This document shows, piece by piece, positions 39,154 to 50,317 of a stretch of 64,000 nucleotides of DNA (position 1 is its first letter; every line of letters starts with the position of its first letter). Source of the DNA: Gammaproteobacteria bacterium (lineage in GTDB: Bacteria; Pseudomonadota; Gammaproteobacteria; Eutrophobiales; Eutrophobiaceae); the NCBI GenBank assembly GCA_965243205.1, contig CBDEUK010000001.1, positions 171,385-235,384 on the forward strand, written 5' to 3'. Both the position numbers and the translations under genes were made by a program. The notes beneath the pieces are model-generated. The model saw only the letters and a program-made list of their open reading frames with translations. It had not been told where the DNA came from and ran no database searches.

Positions 39154-41241
39154 TTAGAAATCGATTCTAAGAGACAATCTACCATTAATCGGCTCACCAG
39201 TACTAATGTTGTCATCATTATGTGATGCAGGGAAATATTCTTCATCAAATAAGTTTTCAATATTTAATTGTAATCTAATGTTATCAGTCACTGTGTAATA
39301 TGCCGCGGCATCTACTCTAGTAAACGATGGTAAGACTGTATCATTATCAATTTCAGTAAATTGCTCATCTTGATAAATCAAACCTAAACCTAAACCAAAG
39401 CTACTAGTAAAATCATAACGGTTCCAAATAGAGAACATATTTTGAGGTACTTCTCTTAAGGTACGATTCTGCTCAACGCCACCAATCAATCGACCATTTT
39501 CTTTAGCATCTAAATAACTATAACCCGCATTGATTTGCCATTGTGGTGTTACTTGCCCAACTAATTGCAATTCCAAACCTTCGATTTGGCTACTGATACG
39601 TATGTTACTGGTAGCATCGCTTGGATCGACAGTTGTATCATTATCAAGATTCAAACGAAAAATGGATGATGTAAAACTTAACGCATTTAAAATATCCCAC
39701 TTAACACCAAACTCATAATTTTCAAATACCTGAGGCGCCAAGTTAGCATTAGTCGTACTTAAAGTAAGAAATTGTTCGCCAGAACGTGGTAAAAATGATT
39801 CACTGTAACTAGCATAGATAGAAACATCTTCTTGTGGTTTAAAAATAAATCCTAGTCGCGGTGACAACTTTTTATCAATTCGACCTATTTCCAAATTTGC
39901 AGCAATATCATTTACATTTAGATCAAATTGATCATAGCGCGCACCTGCAATGATTTGAAAATAATCAGTAACGGTTATTTGATCTTGAATATATAAAGAA
40001 GCAACTGTGAGATCTGAGTCTCTGTTACGATTTACATTTGGAAAACTAAACCCAGGAATACTTAATGGATCTGAGAATATAAAAGTTGAAGTTGCAGCAC
40101 CACCACCAAAATCAACGTTATTTCGTGCATTTTGTGTTTCTTGATCAGCATATTCAAAACCATATAACAATTGATGTTTCATGCCAGCAGTTTCAACATT
40201 TGAAAGAAAGTTTATTTGGGCAATAAAATTTTCTCTTTCTGTAGTATCTCTATAACCACTTAACTCAACTTGATTATTTGCAAAGTCAAAAGGATTATTA
40301 GCAAAAAGATTTTGATATATCTTATCAAAATCAGAATATTGAATCGTTGCATTTACTTGATGATTTTCATTGAAATCATGAAATATACGACCTCTTAGAA
40401 TGTGCGCTTCTAAAGTAGTGTAATTCGCACTTGGTGAACCAAAAAATGTCTCATAAAAACCTGGGGCAGGTTCGCCATTAAAAGAAGGAATACCACGGTC
40501 GACTACTCTATCATCGTCTATATATTCATATGAAAATTGAGCACGGGTATTTTTACCTAATTTGGCAGCAATAGTCGGGTTAAACGCATAACGCTCTCCA
40601 TCAAAAAAATCACGATGATTTTCAAAACCTTCTGCTAACATGTTCACACGAATTGCGGCGTTATCACTAATATAAGTATTACCATCTGCGGTAAATTGAT
40701 AAGCACCGAAAGTATCACCTGTTGAATTAATGCTAGCAAAACGGTCATTCAATATAGGTGTTTTAGTAACACGATTGATATTACCTGCACCACTACCACG
40801 ACCAAAGATCATTGCGTTAGGGCCTTTGTGAACTTCGACACGATCAAGGTTATATAATGGACGAAAATACTGAACATCATCACGGACACCATCTACAAAG
40901 AAATCCGCTGTACTACGTAGGCCGCGGATAACGATAGCATCGCGATGGCCTTCACCTTGGCTGATACTAAGGCCAGGTGTGTAACGAGTGATGTCAGAAA
41001 TATCTTGAATCGCTTGGTCTTGAATTTGTTCTTCGGTAATCACTGATACACTTTGAGGTGTATCAAGCAACGGCACATCTGTTTTAAGACCAGCACTTTT
41101 AACAGTCTGATACCCTTGTTTCTCACCTGTAACAATAATTTCATCAGCTTGTATCACCGCTTCTTCGGCGAGTACATTAGTAGTTGAGAATGTAACTCCC
41201 GCAGTAAGAGTGATAATTAATATATTTTGAGTTTTTTTCAT
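39154..41241 (-). CDS. TonB-dependent outer-membrane receptor (siderophore/haem type)
   Basis: Signal peptide from the internal MKKTQNIL, a plug domain, a 22-strand barrel and a C-terminal ...LSLRIDF. The longest ORF extends to 41307. Confidence 0.85.
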   Translation of the reverse strand: MKKTQNILIITLTAGVTFSTTNVLAEEAVIQADEIIVTGEKQGYQTVKSAGLKTDVPLLDTPQSVSVITEEQIQDQAIQDISDITRYTPGLSISQGEGHRDAIVIRGLRSTADFFVDGVRDDVQYFRPLYNLDRVEVHKGPNAMIFGRGSGAGNINRVTKTPILNDRFASINSTGDTFGAYQFTADGNTYISDNAAIRVNMLAEGFENHRDFFDGERYAFNPTIAAKLGKNTRAQFSYEYIDDDRVVDRGIPSFNGEPAPGFYETFFGSPSANYTTLEAHILRGRIFHDFNENHQVNATIQYSDFDKIYQNLFANNPFDFANNQVELSGYRDTTERENFIAQINFLSNVETAGMKHQLLYGFEYADQETQNARNNVDFGGGAATSTFIFSDPLSIPGFSFPNVNRNRDSDLTVASLYIQDQITVTDYFQIIAGARYDQFDLNVNDIAANLEIGRIDKKLSPRLGFIFKPQEDVSIYASYSESFLPRSGEQFLTLSTTNANLAPQVFENYEFGVKWDILNALSFTSSIFRLNLDNDTTVDPSDATSNIRISSQIEGLELQLVGQVTPQWQINAGYSYLDAKENGRLIGGVEQNRTLREVPQNMFSIWNRYDFTSSFGLGLGLIYQDEQFTEIDNDTVLPSFTRVDAAAYYTVTDNIRLQLNIENLFDEEYFPASHNDDNISTGEPINGRLSLRIDF

Positions 41242-41490
41242 TGCTTCGAATCCATCTATATTTTTATACCAATAATGGGAGCTGAAGATTATTCTAATTA
41301 AGAACAATTATCAATCAGTATTTGATTCTTATTACCAATTAGAAAAGAAGAAATTAAAATATTTTTCCTTATGTATCAATAGTTTAAAAAATTTCTCGTA
41401 ATAATTATTTTTCTTAATTTAAAAATTTCACATAAATATCGATTATTAATTACTATATAGAACTCAATACTAAAGTATGGATGACAATAC

Positions 41491-41757
41491 ATGGCCGGTG
41501 GTTGGTCCCGTGATGGGGCGGTTCAAGATCAAATAGACGCATCAATTAAAGATGCGATTAAAGAAGCCAAGGCTCAATTACCTAAAGGCGAAAGCTTAAC
41601 GCATTGCGAAGAATGTGAAGAGGAAATCCCTCAAGCTCGTCGTGAAGCGGTTCCTGGCGTGCGTTTGTGTGTTGAATGTCAGTCTGAATTAGATGAAGAA
41701 GAAAAATCATTAAAACTGTTTAATCGACGTGGTAGTAAAGACAGTCAATTAAGATAA
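41491..41757 (+). CDS. DksA/TraR-family C4-type zinc-finger protein
   Basis: 88 aa with CEEC-x17-CVEC. Confidence 0.7.
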   Translation: MAGGWSRDGAVQDQIDASIKDAIKEAKAQLPKGESLTHCEECEEEIPQARREAVPGVRLCVECQSELDEEEKSLKLFNRRGSKDSQLR

Positions 41758-41783
41758 ACTAACCCTATCTTCAACCCCATTAG

Positions 41784-43559
41784 ATGGAAGGCTCAATGAG
41801 TACCTTAAGTTCTTCTATGGTTTTTCTCTCTGCTGCAGTCGTAGCAGTCCCTATTTTTAAAAAATTAAAACTGGGAGCTATTCTAGGTTACCTGGTCGCT
41901 GGCTTGGTTATCGGACCATCTGTTATGAATTGGGTGGACGACCCAGATACCATCTTGCACTTTGCTGAACTCGGTGTGGTATTGCTATTGTTTATTATTG
42001 GTTTAGAACTTGAACCCAATAAACTTTGGCGTTTGCGGAATCAAATTGTTTTAACTGGTGGTGGGCAATTACTTATTACTGCTGTAGTGATTGCACTTCT
42101 TCTGAAATATTTCTTAGCGTTTTCATATATAACATCCATCATCATAGGGTTAGCCCTTGCCTTATCATCAACCGCGTTTGCCATTCAATTGATGACAGAA
42201 CAAAACATATTACGCAGCCCTCCAGGACAAAAAGGTTTTGCCATTTTATTAATGCAAGACTTAGCAGTGATACCTATCTTATTACTCGTTGACAGCTTTG
42301 CAGTTGATGAACATGGCGCAGCGCCTGTTTGGTGGTTAAGCCTTGCTATTATTATTTCCGTATTAATAATCGGGCGGTATTTACTGAATCCTTTTTTACG
42401 TCTTATCTCACGCTACGGCAGTAATGAAATCATGACTGCCGCTGCATTATTAATCGTCATTGCAACTGCAGTCGGTATGCAAGAAGCTGAGCTATCAATG
42501 GGTATGGGGGCATTTGTTGCAGGTATACTGTTAGCCAACTCAAGTTTTCGACATCAATTAGAAACCGAAATCGAACCGTTTAAAGGTTTATTGTTAGGTT
42601 TATTTTTTATCGCGATCGGTATGCATCTCGATTTAAGTCTTCTCGTTGCAAAACCTATTTTTATTCTGAGTGCGTCCCTTATATTAGTGCTTATAAAATT
42701 ACTGATCATCTATGGCATTTTGCGTCTCAATAAGCAAACAAATATCGATTCAATTCGAATTGGTTTAATGTTGTCACAAGGCGGTGAGTTTGCTTTCGTT
42801 GTGATGAGCCACGCTGCATCAAATGGCATATTTAATATAGACCTTGCTAATGAAGTTACATTGATAGTTGGTATATCAATGGCATTAACATCGCCATTGG
42901 TTATTTTACAAAGTATTCTTTTTAGCAGTCGTAATTGTCCTCCAGTCTATGACACCAGTCGTGATACAGATGAACCTCAAATTATTATCGCTGGGTTTGG
43001 TCGCTTCGGACAAATTACTGCGAGAATTTTAAGCGCGAATCATATTCCTTTTACCGCTTTGGATAAGGATGCTGAACATATCGAATTTGTGAAAAAATTT
43101 GGCAGTAAAATCTTTTATGGTGATGCCTGTCGTTTAGACTTATTAAAAACCGCTGGGATAGAGCATGCTAAAGTGATTCTAATCAGTGTGGATAGCGATG
43201 AGGACGGTTTAAAAATCACAAAACTAGTACGTGAAAATTATCCACACATTAATATTATCGCTAGAGCACATAATCGTTTATCCGCAATGAAGTACGCTGA
43301 ATTAGGCGTCACAAACTATGTAAGAGAAGTATTTGCAGGCAGCCTTGAAGCAGCGCAAATGGTGTTACAGGAATATGGTTTTTCAGCTGCAGAAGCAGAA
43401 AATATGGCTCAGGTATTCTCTGCTCATGATTTCGCAATTCTAAATAAGGCAATTGAAGAAAAAATGGATATGCAACAATTAATTGATGTCAGTGAACAAA
43501 ACCGCAAAGAATTACAATCATTATTTACACAAGATGAAAAAGAGATTACTCAGCATTAA
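41784..43559 (+). CDS. CPA2-family monovalent cation:proton antiporter with TrkA-N (KTN) domain (KefB/KefC-like)
   Basis: 591 aa; 12-13 TM helices followed by the Rossmann motif IIIAGFGRFGQ. Confidence 0.85.
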   Translation: MEGSMSTLSSSMVFLSAAVVAVPIFKKLKLGAILGYLVAGLVIGPSVMNWVDDPDTILHFAELGVVLLLFIIGLELEPNKLWRLRNQIVLTGGGQLLITAVVIALLLKYFLAFSYITSIIIGLALALSSTAFAIQLMTEQNILRSPPGQKGFAILLMQDLAVIPILLLVDSFAVDEHGAAPVWWLSLAIIISVLIIGRYLLNPFLRLISRYGSNEIMTAAALLIVIATAVGMQEAELSMGMGAFVAGILLANSSFRHQLETEIEPFKGLLLGLFFIAIGMHLDLSLLVAKPIFILSASLILVLIKLLIIYGILRLNKQTNIDSIRIGLMLSQGGEFAFVVMSHAASNGIFNIDLANEVTLIVGISMALTSPLVILQSILFSSRNCPPVYDTSRDTDEPQIIIAGFGRFGQITARILSANHIPFTALDKDAEHIEFVKKFGSKIFYGDACRLDLLKTAGIEHAKVILISVDSDEDGLKITKLVRENYPHINIIARAHNRLSAMKYAELGVTNYVREVFAGSLEAAQMVLQEYGFSAAEAENMAQVFSAHDFAILNKAIEEKMDMQQLIDVSEQNRKELQSLFTQDEKEITQH

Positions 43560-43638
43560 ATAATGTTGATTGCTATAAATCACATATATTTGATATTGAT
43601 CATATAAATTAATAATTTAAACAATTACTATCACATAA

Positions 43639-45342
43639 ATGCATACACATCTCATTCAAGATACTGTCATTTTATTTTCATTAGCCGTTTGCGCGGTCAT
43701 TCTATTTCGACGTTTTAATCTCCCCGCTATATTAGGTTACCTATTCGTAGGTATTATTGCTGGACCTTATTTATTAGGTTGGATGCAATCTAATGAAACA
43801 ACACATTTACTGGGTGAAATCGGTGTTGTTTTTTTACTGTTTACTATTGGTCTAGAATTCTCATTTACAAAATTCCTACGCATGCGTAATGCATTATTTG
43901 GTTTAGGAGGAACTCAAGTATTAATAGGGACAATATCAGGTATGTTGATAGCAATATGGATTGGTATCAAATGGGAAGCAGCATTGATTATTGGTGGTGC
44001 TCTCGCTTTATCATCAACAGCCATTGTGCTCAAACAATTAGGCGAACAGTTAGAACTTAACAAACCTCATGGAAGAGTCGCATTAAGTATTTTATTGTTT
44101 CAAGATATAGCAGCGATCCCTTTTCTTGTCATGATCCCTGTATTTGCTTCTGATAACACTGAAAACATGAATATGCTTTTGATAATGGCATTAGGTAAAG
44201 GAGTGATTGCGTTACTGATTTTATTGGGCATAGGACGTTGGTTATTGCGACCGATATTTCATGAAGTAGCTAACTTACGTTCACAAGAATTATTTACTTT
44301 AACTGTATTGCTTATTGCTTTACTGGCTGCTTGGTTAACTTATTTAATGGGCTTATCTTTAGCACTAGGTGCTTTTATTGCTGGCATGATGCTTGGTGAA
44401 ACTGAATACAGGCATCAAATAGAAACTGAAATAAGGCCATTTCGAGATGTATTAATGGGTTTGTTTTTTATAACGGTAGGTATGCAATTAAATATATTTG
44501 CTGTTATTAATAGTTGGTATTGGGTCGGGTTATTATTAGTTGGGCTTATGTTAGGTAAAGGTATATTTATCGGTTTTCTAACTCGATTTGCAAATTACTC
44601 GAATGCAACAGCTGTAAAGTCTGGAATTGTCTTAGGTCAAGGTGGTGAATTTGGTATTGCGTTACTTAGTTTATCATTATCAACTGGCTTAATTAATCAT
44701 GAAGAAATACAACCTGTATTAGCGGCGATTATTCTATCGATGGCTTTAGCACCTTTATTTATTCGGTACAGTGAATCACTAACGAATCGTTTATTAAAGC
44801 CAAATGATAATGACGTTATCGATAATGAGGTTGAAATAGTTAATGAAGAGCGAACAAAGCATATTATTTTGTGCGGGTATGGCAGAACTGGGCAACGTAT
44901 TCAAAAAGTTTTAGAACAACAACATATTAAAACTGTTGCAATTGATAACGACTCAAAAGTTATTAATGCTACTAGAAAAAATAACCAAGAAATTTACTTC
45001 GGAGATGCTTCAGATATTCGAATTCTTGAATCGCTCGGTTTAAGCAATGCAGCGGCAGTACTAATTACATTTAATGATATAGAGCGTAGTAAAAATATCG
45101 TAACCGCTCTTAGACAAACTAATTATGAAATACCGATTATATCAAGAGCCTATAATCAGGAAGAAATGGAAATATTAATCGATGCTGGTGCTACCGAAGT
45201 AGTACCTGAGGATTTAGAAACCAGTTTGATGTTAGTGACACAACTTTTATTAATTATTGGTATGCCGCTCGATGACGTTTTGAATGAGTTGAACAATATT
45301 AAAAAAGATCATTACCATCTACTCAGTGATAGTAAAATTTAA
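43639..45342 (+). CDS. CPA2-family cation:proton antiporter with TrkA-N domain, second tandem paralogue
   Basis: 567 aa; the same architecture with motif ILCGYGRTGQ. Confidence 0.85.
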   Translation: MHTHLIQDTVILFSLAVCAVILFRRFNLPAILGYLFVGIIAGPYLLGWMQSNETTHLLGEIGVVFLLFTIGLEFSFTKFLRMRNALFGLGGTQVLIGTISGMLIAIWIGIKWEAALIIGGALALSSTAIVLKQLGEQLELNKPHGRVALSILLFQDIAAIPFLVMIPVFASDNTENMNMLLIMALGKGVIALLILLGIGRWLLRPIFHEVANLRSQELFTLTVLLIALLAAWLTYLMGLSLALGAFIAGMMLGETEYRHQIETEIRPFRDVLMGLFFITVGMQLNIFAVINSWYWVGLLLVGLMLGKGIFIGFLTRFANYSNATAVKSGIVLGQGGEFGIALLSLSLSTGLINHEEIQPVLAAIILSMALAPLFIRYSESLTNRLLKPNDNDVIDNEVEIVNEERTKHIILCGYGRTGQRIQKVLEQQHIKTVAIDNDSKVINATRKNNQEIYFGDASDIRILESLGLSNAAAVLITFNDIERSKNIVTALRQTNYEIPIISRAYNQEEMEILIDAGATEVVPEDLETSLMLVTQLLLIIGMPLDDVLNELNNIKKDHYHLLSDSKI

Positions 45343-45357
45343 TTCCGTTATCTCAGA

Positions 45358-45954
45358 CTAATCTACAAGCGTTCTACCAGCTAAAGCCCTTGATACAGTA
45401 TTACTATCAATATACTCAAGCTCTCCACCCATTGGAATACCATGCGCTAGGCGTGTTACTTTAACATTATACTTTCGCACCATTTCACTAATAAAATGCG
45501 CTGTTGCTTCACCTTCAACCGTCGCACTCGTTGCTAGTATCACTTCGTCAACCCCACCCTGCTCTACGATTGAGTTTAATTGATTTAACCCAAGATCTTC
45601 TGGTCCTATTCCATCTAAAGGTGATAAATGTCCCATCAATACAAAATACAACCCACGATAATGCGCATCTTCAATCGCGTAGACATCCGCAGGGCTTTCA
45701 ACGACACATAACAAAGAACGGTCACGTTTTGGACTGGAACAATAATCACATAGATCATTTTCACTAAAGGTGCGGCAATTTTTACAATGCCCAATATTTT
45801 CCATGGCTTCTTGTAAAATTCCACCTAACTTAATTGCGCCTTTACGGTTACGTTGTAATAAATGGTAAGCAATACGTTGAGCAGATTTACGGCCAATACC
45901 TGGCATACAACATAACGACTCAATAAGATCGTTTAGTAATGGGGTATCAGCCAT
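45358..45954 (-). CDS. recR: Recombination protein RecR
   Basis: 198 aa; HhH, C4 zinc finger (CKNC...CDYC) and Toprim domain. Confidence 0.9.
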   Translation of the reverse strand: MADTPLLNDLIESLCCMPGIGRKSAQRIAYHLLQRNRKGAIKLGGILQEAMENIGHCKNCRTFSENDLCDYCSSPKRDRSLLCVVESPADVYAIEDAHYRGLYFVLMGHLSPLDGIGPEDLGLNQLNSIVEQGGVDEVILATSATVEGEATAHFISEMVRKYNVKVTRLAHGIPMGGELEYIDSNTVSRALAGRTLVD

Positions 45955-46011
45955 AGTTTTTATAAATTTGTCTTATATTTTTGAAAACGTTATCAGACTG
46001 GACTTTGTATA

Positions 46012-46335
46012 TTAGAACGGTAACTTCATGCCTGGAGGCAAACCCATACCACCTGCTAAACCAGACATTTTTTCCTGTGTTTCAGTATCAACGCGTCGGT
46101 TAGCATCATTCACGGCAGCTGCGATTAAATCTTCCAGCATTTCTTTATCATCATTAACAATACTCGGATCAATTTCTACTCGTTTAACATCGTGCTTACA
46201 GGTCATAGTGACTTTAACTAAGCCTGCACCAGATTCACCAGTGACTTCAATGCTTTCTAATTCTGCTTGCGCCTTCTGCATATTTTCCTGCATTTTTTGC
46301 GCTTGCTTCATAATATTACCAAGTCCGCCTTTCAT
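46012..46335 (-). CDS. ybaB: Nucleoid-associated protein YbaB/EbfC
   Basis: 107 aa: [23 protein letters not shown]..., in the dnaX-ybaB-recR operon order. Confidence 0.9.
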   Translation of the reverse strand: MKGGLGNIMKQAQKMQENMQKAQAELESIEVTGESGAGLVKVTMTCKHDVKRVEIDPSIVNDDKEMLEDLIAAAVNDANRRVDTETQEKMSGLAGGMGLPPGMKLPF

Positions 46336-46362
46336 AATGTTACCTCAATAAATTTAATATCT

Positions 46363-47931
46363 TTAAACTGGTTTAATCGTACTTTCATCAACTTGTATGC
46401 CAAAGGCATCTTGTAAAGCGCTGACATTAGGATCATTTGCAATCGATACTTTTGCTGAAGCTAAAGCTTCATTGTTTTCACGTTGTTTTTGTTGTGCCGG
46501 TGTTTCTGTCATAACATCTTGTACAGTTATATTTAATTTAATATGTTCGCCTAATAATTTTTTAACCGATTGCTCTAATTTCTGAGATTGATTTGATTTT
46601 AATAAATGTTCTTGTTCAGATGACACTAATAAATCAATACGACTATCAGTACAATTTTCTAATACGCAATGTGAAGCAAACTCTTTGGTTAGCCCTGTTA
46701 GAGACATTTTTTCTAACATCTCATTCCATTCATCCGTACTTAAAGTTTTAATATCTTTAGGAGCGATGGCCTGAGATTCTTGTTCAGATTCCGATTCAGT
46801 ACTTGTTTGTTGTTTAGGCTCTACTGATTTAGTTATTTGTTTAACGTTACTCGGTGGAATTGGTTTTTGTGGTTGAAATGCCATCATTCGAATAAGTGTC
46901 ATCTCAAAACCCATTTTTGCATCGGGTGATAGATATAAATCACGACGACCCGTCAAAGCAATTTGATACAACAACTGTATAAACTCTTTATCCGCTTGTT
47001 CAGCTAACGTTAAAAGCTCAGGTTCGTTATCATTAGGTGCCATTTGTAAAATAGCAATATTTTGTAAAACGCTCAGCATTTCACTTAGTACTTGATCGTA
47101 ATCAGGATTGTGTTCCGATATTTGTTGAATGTTATCAAATACTGCAACTGCATCGCCTGTAAGAATATTTCCTACTAAACCAATTAAGTCACTACTATCA
47201 ATAGCACCCAACATCGCTTGTACTTGCGCATGTTCTAACTTTCCACCGCCATAGGCAATCGCTTGATCTAATAAACTCAACGCATCACGTAAACTACCGT
47301 TCGCTGCTTTGGCAATCATTCGACATGACTTATCGTCAGATTCAACCTTCTCTTGTTCTAAAATAAATTTAATTTGCTGTTCAATTTGTTCAACATTGAT
47401 ATGTTTTAAATTGAATTGTAAACAGCGCGATAGAATAGTGACTGGGACTTTTTTTGATTCCGTGGTGGCTAATAAAAACTTCACATGTGGTGGCGGTTCT
47501 TCCAGTGTTTTTAACAAAGCATTAAAACTGTGATTAGAGAACATGTGAACCTCATCGATAAGGTAAACTTTATAACGGCCTACGCTTGGTGCATATTGCA
47601 CGTTATCCATTAAATCTCGAGTTTCATCGACTTTGGCTCTAGATGCGGCATCGACTTCGATTAGATCAACAAATCTGCCTTCATCAATCGCAACACAAGC
47701 ACTGCATTTGCCACAAGGTTTCGAGCTAACGCCTTCCTCACAATTTAGGCATTTAGCTAATACGCGGGCAACCGTAGTTTTGCCGACACCACGGGTTCCA
47801 GTGAATAGATAGGCATGATGTAAGCGGTCGTTATCCAAAGCATTGACCAGAGCTTTTAATACATGCTCTTGTCCCATCATTTCCTCAAAAAAACGAGGAC
47901 GCCATTTACGCGCTAAAACTTGATAACTCAT
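46363..47931 (-). CDS. dnaX: DNA polymerase III subunits gamma/tau
   Basis: 522 aa; AAA+ motif GTRGVGKTT and a zinc module CxxC...CxxC. Confidence 0.9.
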   Translation of the reverse strand: MSYQVLARKWRPRFFEEMMGQEHVLKALVNALDNDRLHHAYLFTGTRGVGKTTVARVLAKCLNCEEGVSSKPCGKCSACVAIDEGRFVDLIEVDAASRAKVDETRDLMDNVQYAPSVGRYKVYLIDEVHMFSNHSFNALLKTLEEPPPHVKFLLATTESKKVPVTILSRCLQFNLKHINVEQIEQQIKFILEQEKVESDDKSCRMIAKAANGSLRDALSLLDQAIAYGGGKLEHAQVQAMLGAIDSSDLIGLVGNILTGDAVAVFDNIQQISEHNPDYDQVLSEMLSVLQNIAILQMAPNDNEPELLTLAEQADKEFIQLLYQIALTGRRDLYLSPDAKMGFEMTLIRMMAFQPQKPIPPSNVKQITKSVEPKQQTSTESESEQESQAIAPKDIKTLSTDEWNEMLEKMSLTGLTKEFASHCVLENCTDSRIDLLVSSEQEHLLKSNQSQKLEQSVKKLLGEHIKLNITVQDVMTETPAQQKQRENNEALASAKVSIANDPNVSALQDAFGIQVDESTIKPV

Positions 47932-47975
47932 TTAATCAGCAAAAACCTTATTTGAGTGTATACATTATTATAGTA

Positions 47976-48093
<118 letters not shown>

Positions 48094-48311
48094 TAAAGAG
48101 GCTAATCTTAACAATTATCAGATGGCGTGAATAGTGCGCATTTATAAACTAACTTATTGAATATTGAAAAAAAATGTTCAATTTAAAACCAGTATTTTTC
48201 CCTAAACACTTGCTATTATTACATAATGTTAATAGACCATTATCTTATAATTAGGTCTATCCATGCTATGTTATAAAATTAATCAGTATTAAAAGGCTCT
48301 AAAATAATTAT

Positions 48312-48995
48312 ATGCGGCTATTACTCATAGAAGACGATAAGGAAGTCTCTAACTACGTTCATAAAGGGATGAACGAAGCAGGTCATACCATTGATGTTGC
48401 TGATAATGGCAAAGACGGTCTATTTATGGCAACCACTGAAAAATATGATGTCATAATAGCCGATAGAATGCTGCCCGAATTGGATGGTTTAACCATTATC
48501 AAAACATTGAGGGGTGCTGATAATCAAGTCCCAGTGTTAATCTTAAGTGCTCTTGGCGACGTCGATGATCGCGTCGATGGCTTACGCTCTGGTGGCGATG
48601 ATTATTTAACCAAACCATTCGCATTCGCTGAATTACTTGCCCGTATTGAAATTTTAAGCAAACGAAATAGCACTTCTTCAAATAACGAAGTTACAAAATT
48701 ACAAACTGGCGATTTAAAGATGGATCTTCTTGCAAGAAAGGTCTCTCGAGGTTCACAAAATATCGATTTACAATCAAGAGAATTTAGGTTGCTTGAATAT
48801 ATGCTGAGGCATAAGGGACAAGTAGTTACTCGTACAATGTTGCTTGAACATGTCTGGGATTACCATTTTGACCCTCAGACCAATGTTATTGATGTACATA
48901 TCAGTCGTCTTCGCAGTAAAATTGATAAAGATTTTGATCAACAACTCATAAGAACCATCCGCGGAGCTGGCTATATCATAGAAGATGCAGGTTAG
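48312..48995 (+). CDS. OmpR/PhoB-family response regulator
   Basis: 227 aa; receiver domain (LLLIEDD...IIADRMLPELDG...LILSA) and a winged-helix C-terminus. Confidence 0.9.
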   Translation: MRLLLIEDDKEVSNYVHKGMNEAGHTIDVADNGKDGLFMATTEKYDVIIADRMLPELDGLTIIKTLRGADNQVPVLILSALGDVDDRVDGLRSGGDDYLTKPFAFAELLARIEILSKRNSTSSNNEVTKLQTGDLKMDLLARKVSRGSQNIDLQSREFRLLEYMLRHKGQVVTRTMLLEHVWDYHFDPQTNVIDVHISRLRSKIDKDFDQQLIRTIRGAGYIIEDAG

Positions 48996-50271
48996 AAATT
49001 ATACTCGAAGTTCCAGCTTCCAAATGGCTTTATTGTTTACCATTTTATGTGGTATTGCCATTGCCATCCTTGCCTATTTCACATTTTACTTCACTCGCGG
49101 ACATTTTATCGAATACACAGAAAATGTGATCGATACGGAAATAAAATTTATTTCCTTATTAAATGATGCTTCAAAAATGCCTGATGAGAACAGTATGGTT
49201 ATTTTTGTGCCATTTAATGAGGATGGCAGTCGACCTGAAAATATTCCTGATTCCATTTCGACTTTATCGGAAGGAACAGTTGTTTTTAAAAATGAAATTG
49301 ATGGTAAGACCTATGCCGCAAAAATACACACCTTTGAAGACGGCCGTAAAATTTTAGTCGGTGTTGATATCACCATGATAGATATGGATTTCAAACTCAT
49401 GGCTTGGTTAGGTAGCATCAGTATCGTATTAATCATTATCGTTATCTTAATCAGTTATTTTTTAAGTTTCTTTGTTGTAAAAGGAACTAATAAAATTGCC
49501 AAGTCTGCGCAGGAGATCATGGATACAGGCGACTTATCACGGCGTCTAGAAGTTACATCACGCTGGGATGACTTAGGTAATATGACAATGGTGCTGAATC
49601 GAATGTTGGATCGGTGCCAAGAACTAATGGAAGGTATTAAACAAGTTTCAAATAATATTGCGCATGATCTTCGAACACCTTTAACACGCATGCGAAATAC
49701 AATCGAATCGCTTGATAAATCTTCACCTTCACAAGAAACCCAGACCTTATTATCCGAAGCCGATCATTTATTAAACACTTTCAATGCTCTACTCAGAATT
49801 TCTCGAATAGAAACTGGAAAGCAATCAAGCAGCATGCATGAACTTTGCTTAGGTGAATTGATAAATGATGTTGTCTCATTTTACGAACCGCTAGCAGAAG
49901 AAAAATCTATTCAGTTACTTGTCGAAACGAATGACATAGAATATTCAGGGGATAAAAATTTATTATTTCAAGCGTATGCAAACTTAGTCGACAATGCAAT
50001 TAAATACACACCTCATCATGGCATTATAAAAATCATTCAAAACACTACCGATACAAAAAAACATCAAATTACGATAGAAGATAATGGAACAGGTATCCCT
50101 GAATCTGAAATCGATATGGTATTTGAACGTTTTTATCGCTGTGAAAAAAGCCGCAGTTCATCTGGCACAGGGCTTGGTTTAAGTTTAGTCAAAGCGGTTA
50201 TTGAACTACATAAAGGCAGTATTCAACTCATCAATATTCAAAAAGGCCTAAAAATCATTACCGTATTGTAA
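48985..50271 (+). CDS. Sensor histidine kinase (2 TM helices, HAMP, HisKA, HATPase_c)
   Basis: 428 aa; H-box IAHDLRTPLT and N/G boxes (DNAIKYT; GTGLGLS). It overlaps the response-regulator stop. Confidence 0.9.
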   Translation: MQVRNYTRSSSFQMALLFTILCGIAIAILAYFTFYFTRGHFIEYTENVIDTEIKFISLLNDASKMPDENSMVIFVPFNEDGSRPENIPDSISTLSEGTVVFKNEIDGKTYAAKIHTFEDGRKILVGVDITMIDMDFKLMAWLGSISIVLIIIVILISYFLSFFVVKGTNKIAKSAQEIMDTGDLSRRLEVTSRWDDLGNMTMVLNRMLDRCQELMEGIKQVSNNIAHDLRTPLTRMRNTIESLDKSSPSQETQTLLSEADHLLNTFNALLRISRIETGKQSSSMHELCLGELINDVVSFYEPLAEEKSIQLLVETNDIEYSGDKNLLFQAYANLVDNAIKYTPHHGIIKIIQNTTDTKKHQITIEDNGTGIPESEIDMVFERFYRCEKSRSSSGTGLGLSLVKAVIELHKGSIQLINIQKGLKIITVL

Positions 50272-50317
50272 TCATTGAGTTAGACATTGGTAAATCAGCA
50301 ATGTTGATAATCGTTTA

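Noticed and set aside
41308-41490. Possible Fur box (AATTATCAATCAGTATTTGATTC) upstream of the TonB-dependent receptor
   Set aside because: It shows only partial GATAAT-hexamer similarity and a weak 5-bp inverted repeat. This is not enough to call without a position-weight-matrix score.
46028-46351. 107-aa plus-strand ORF mirroring ybaB
   Set aside because: It is an exact antisense shadow of the ybaB CDS.
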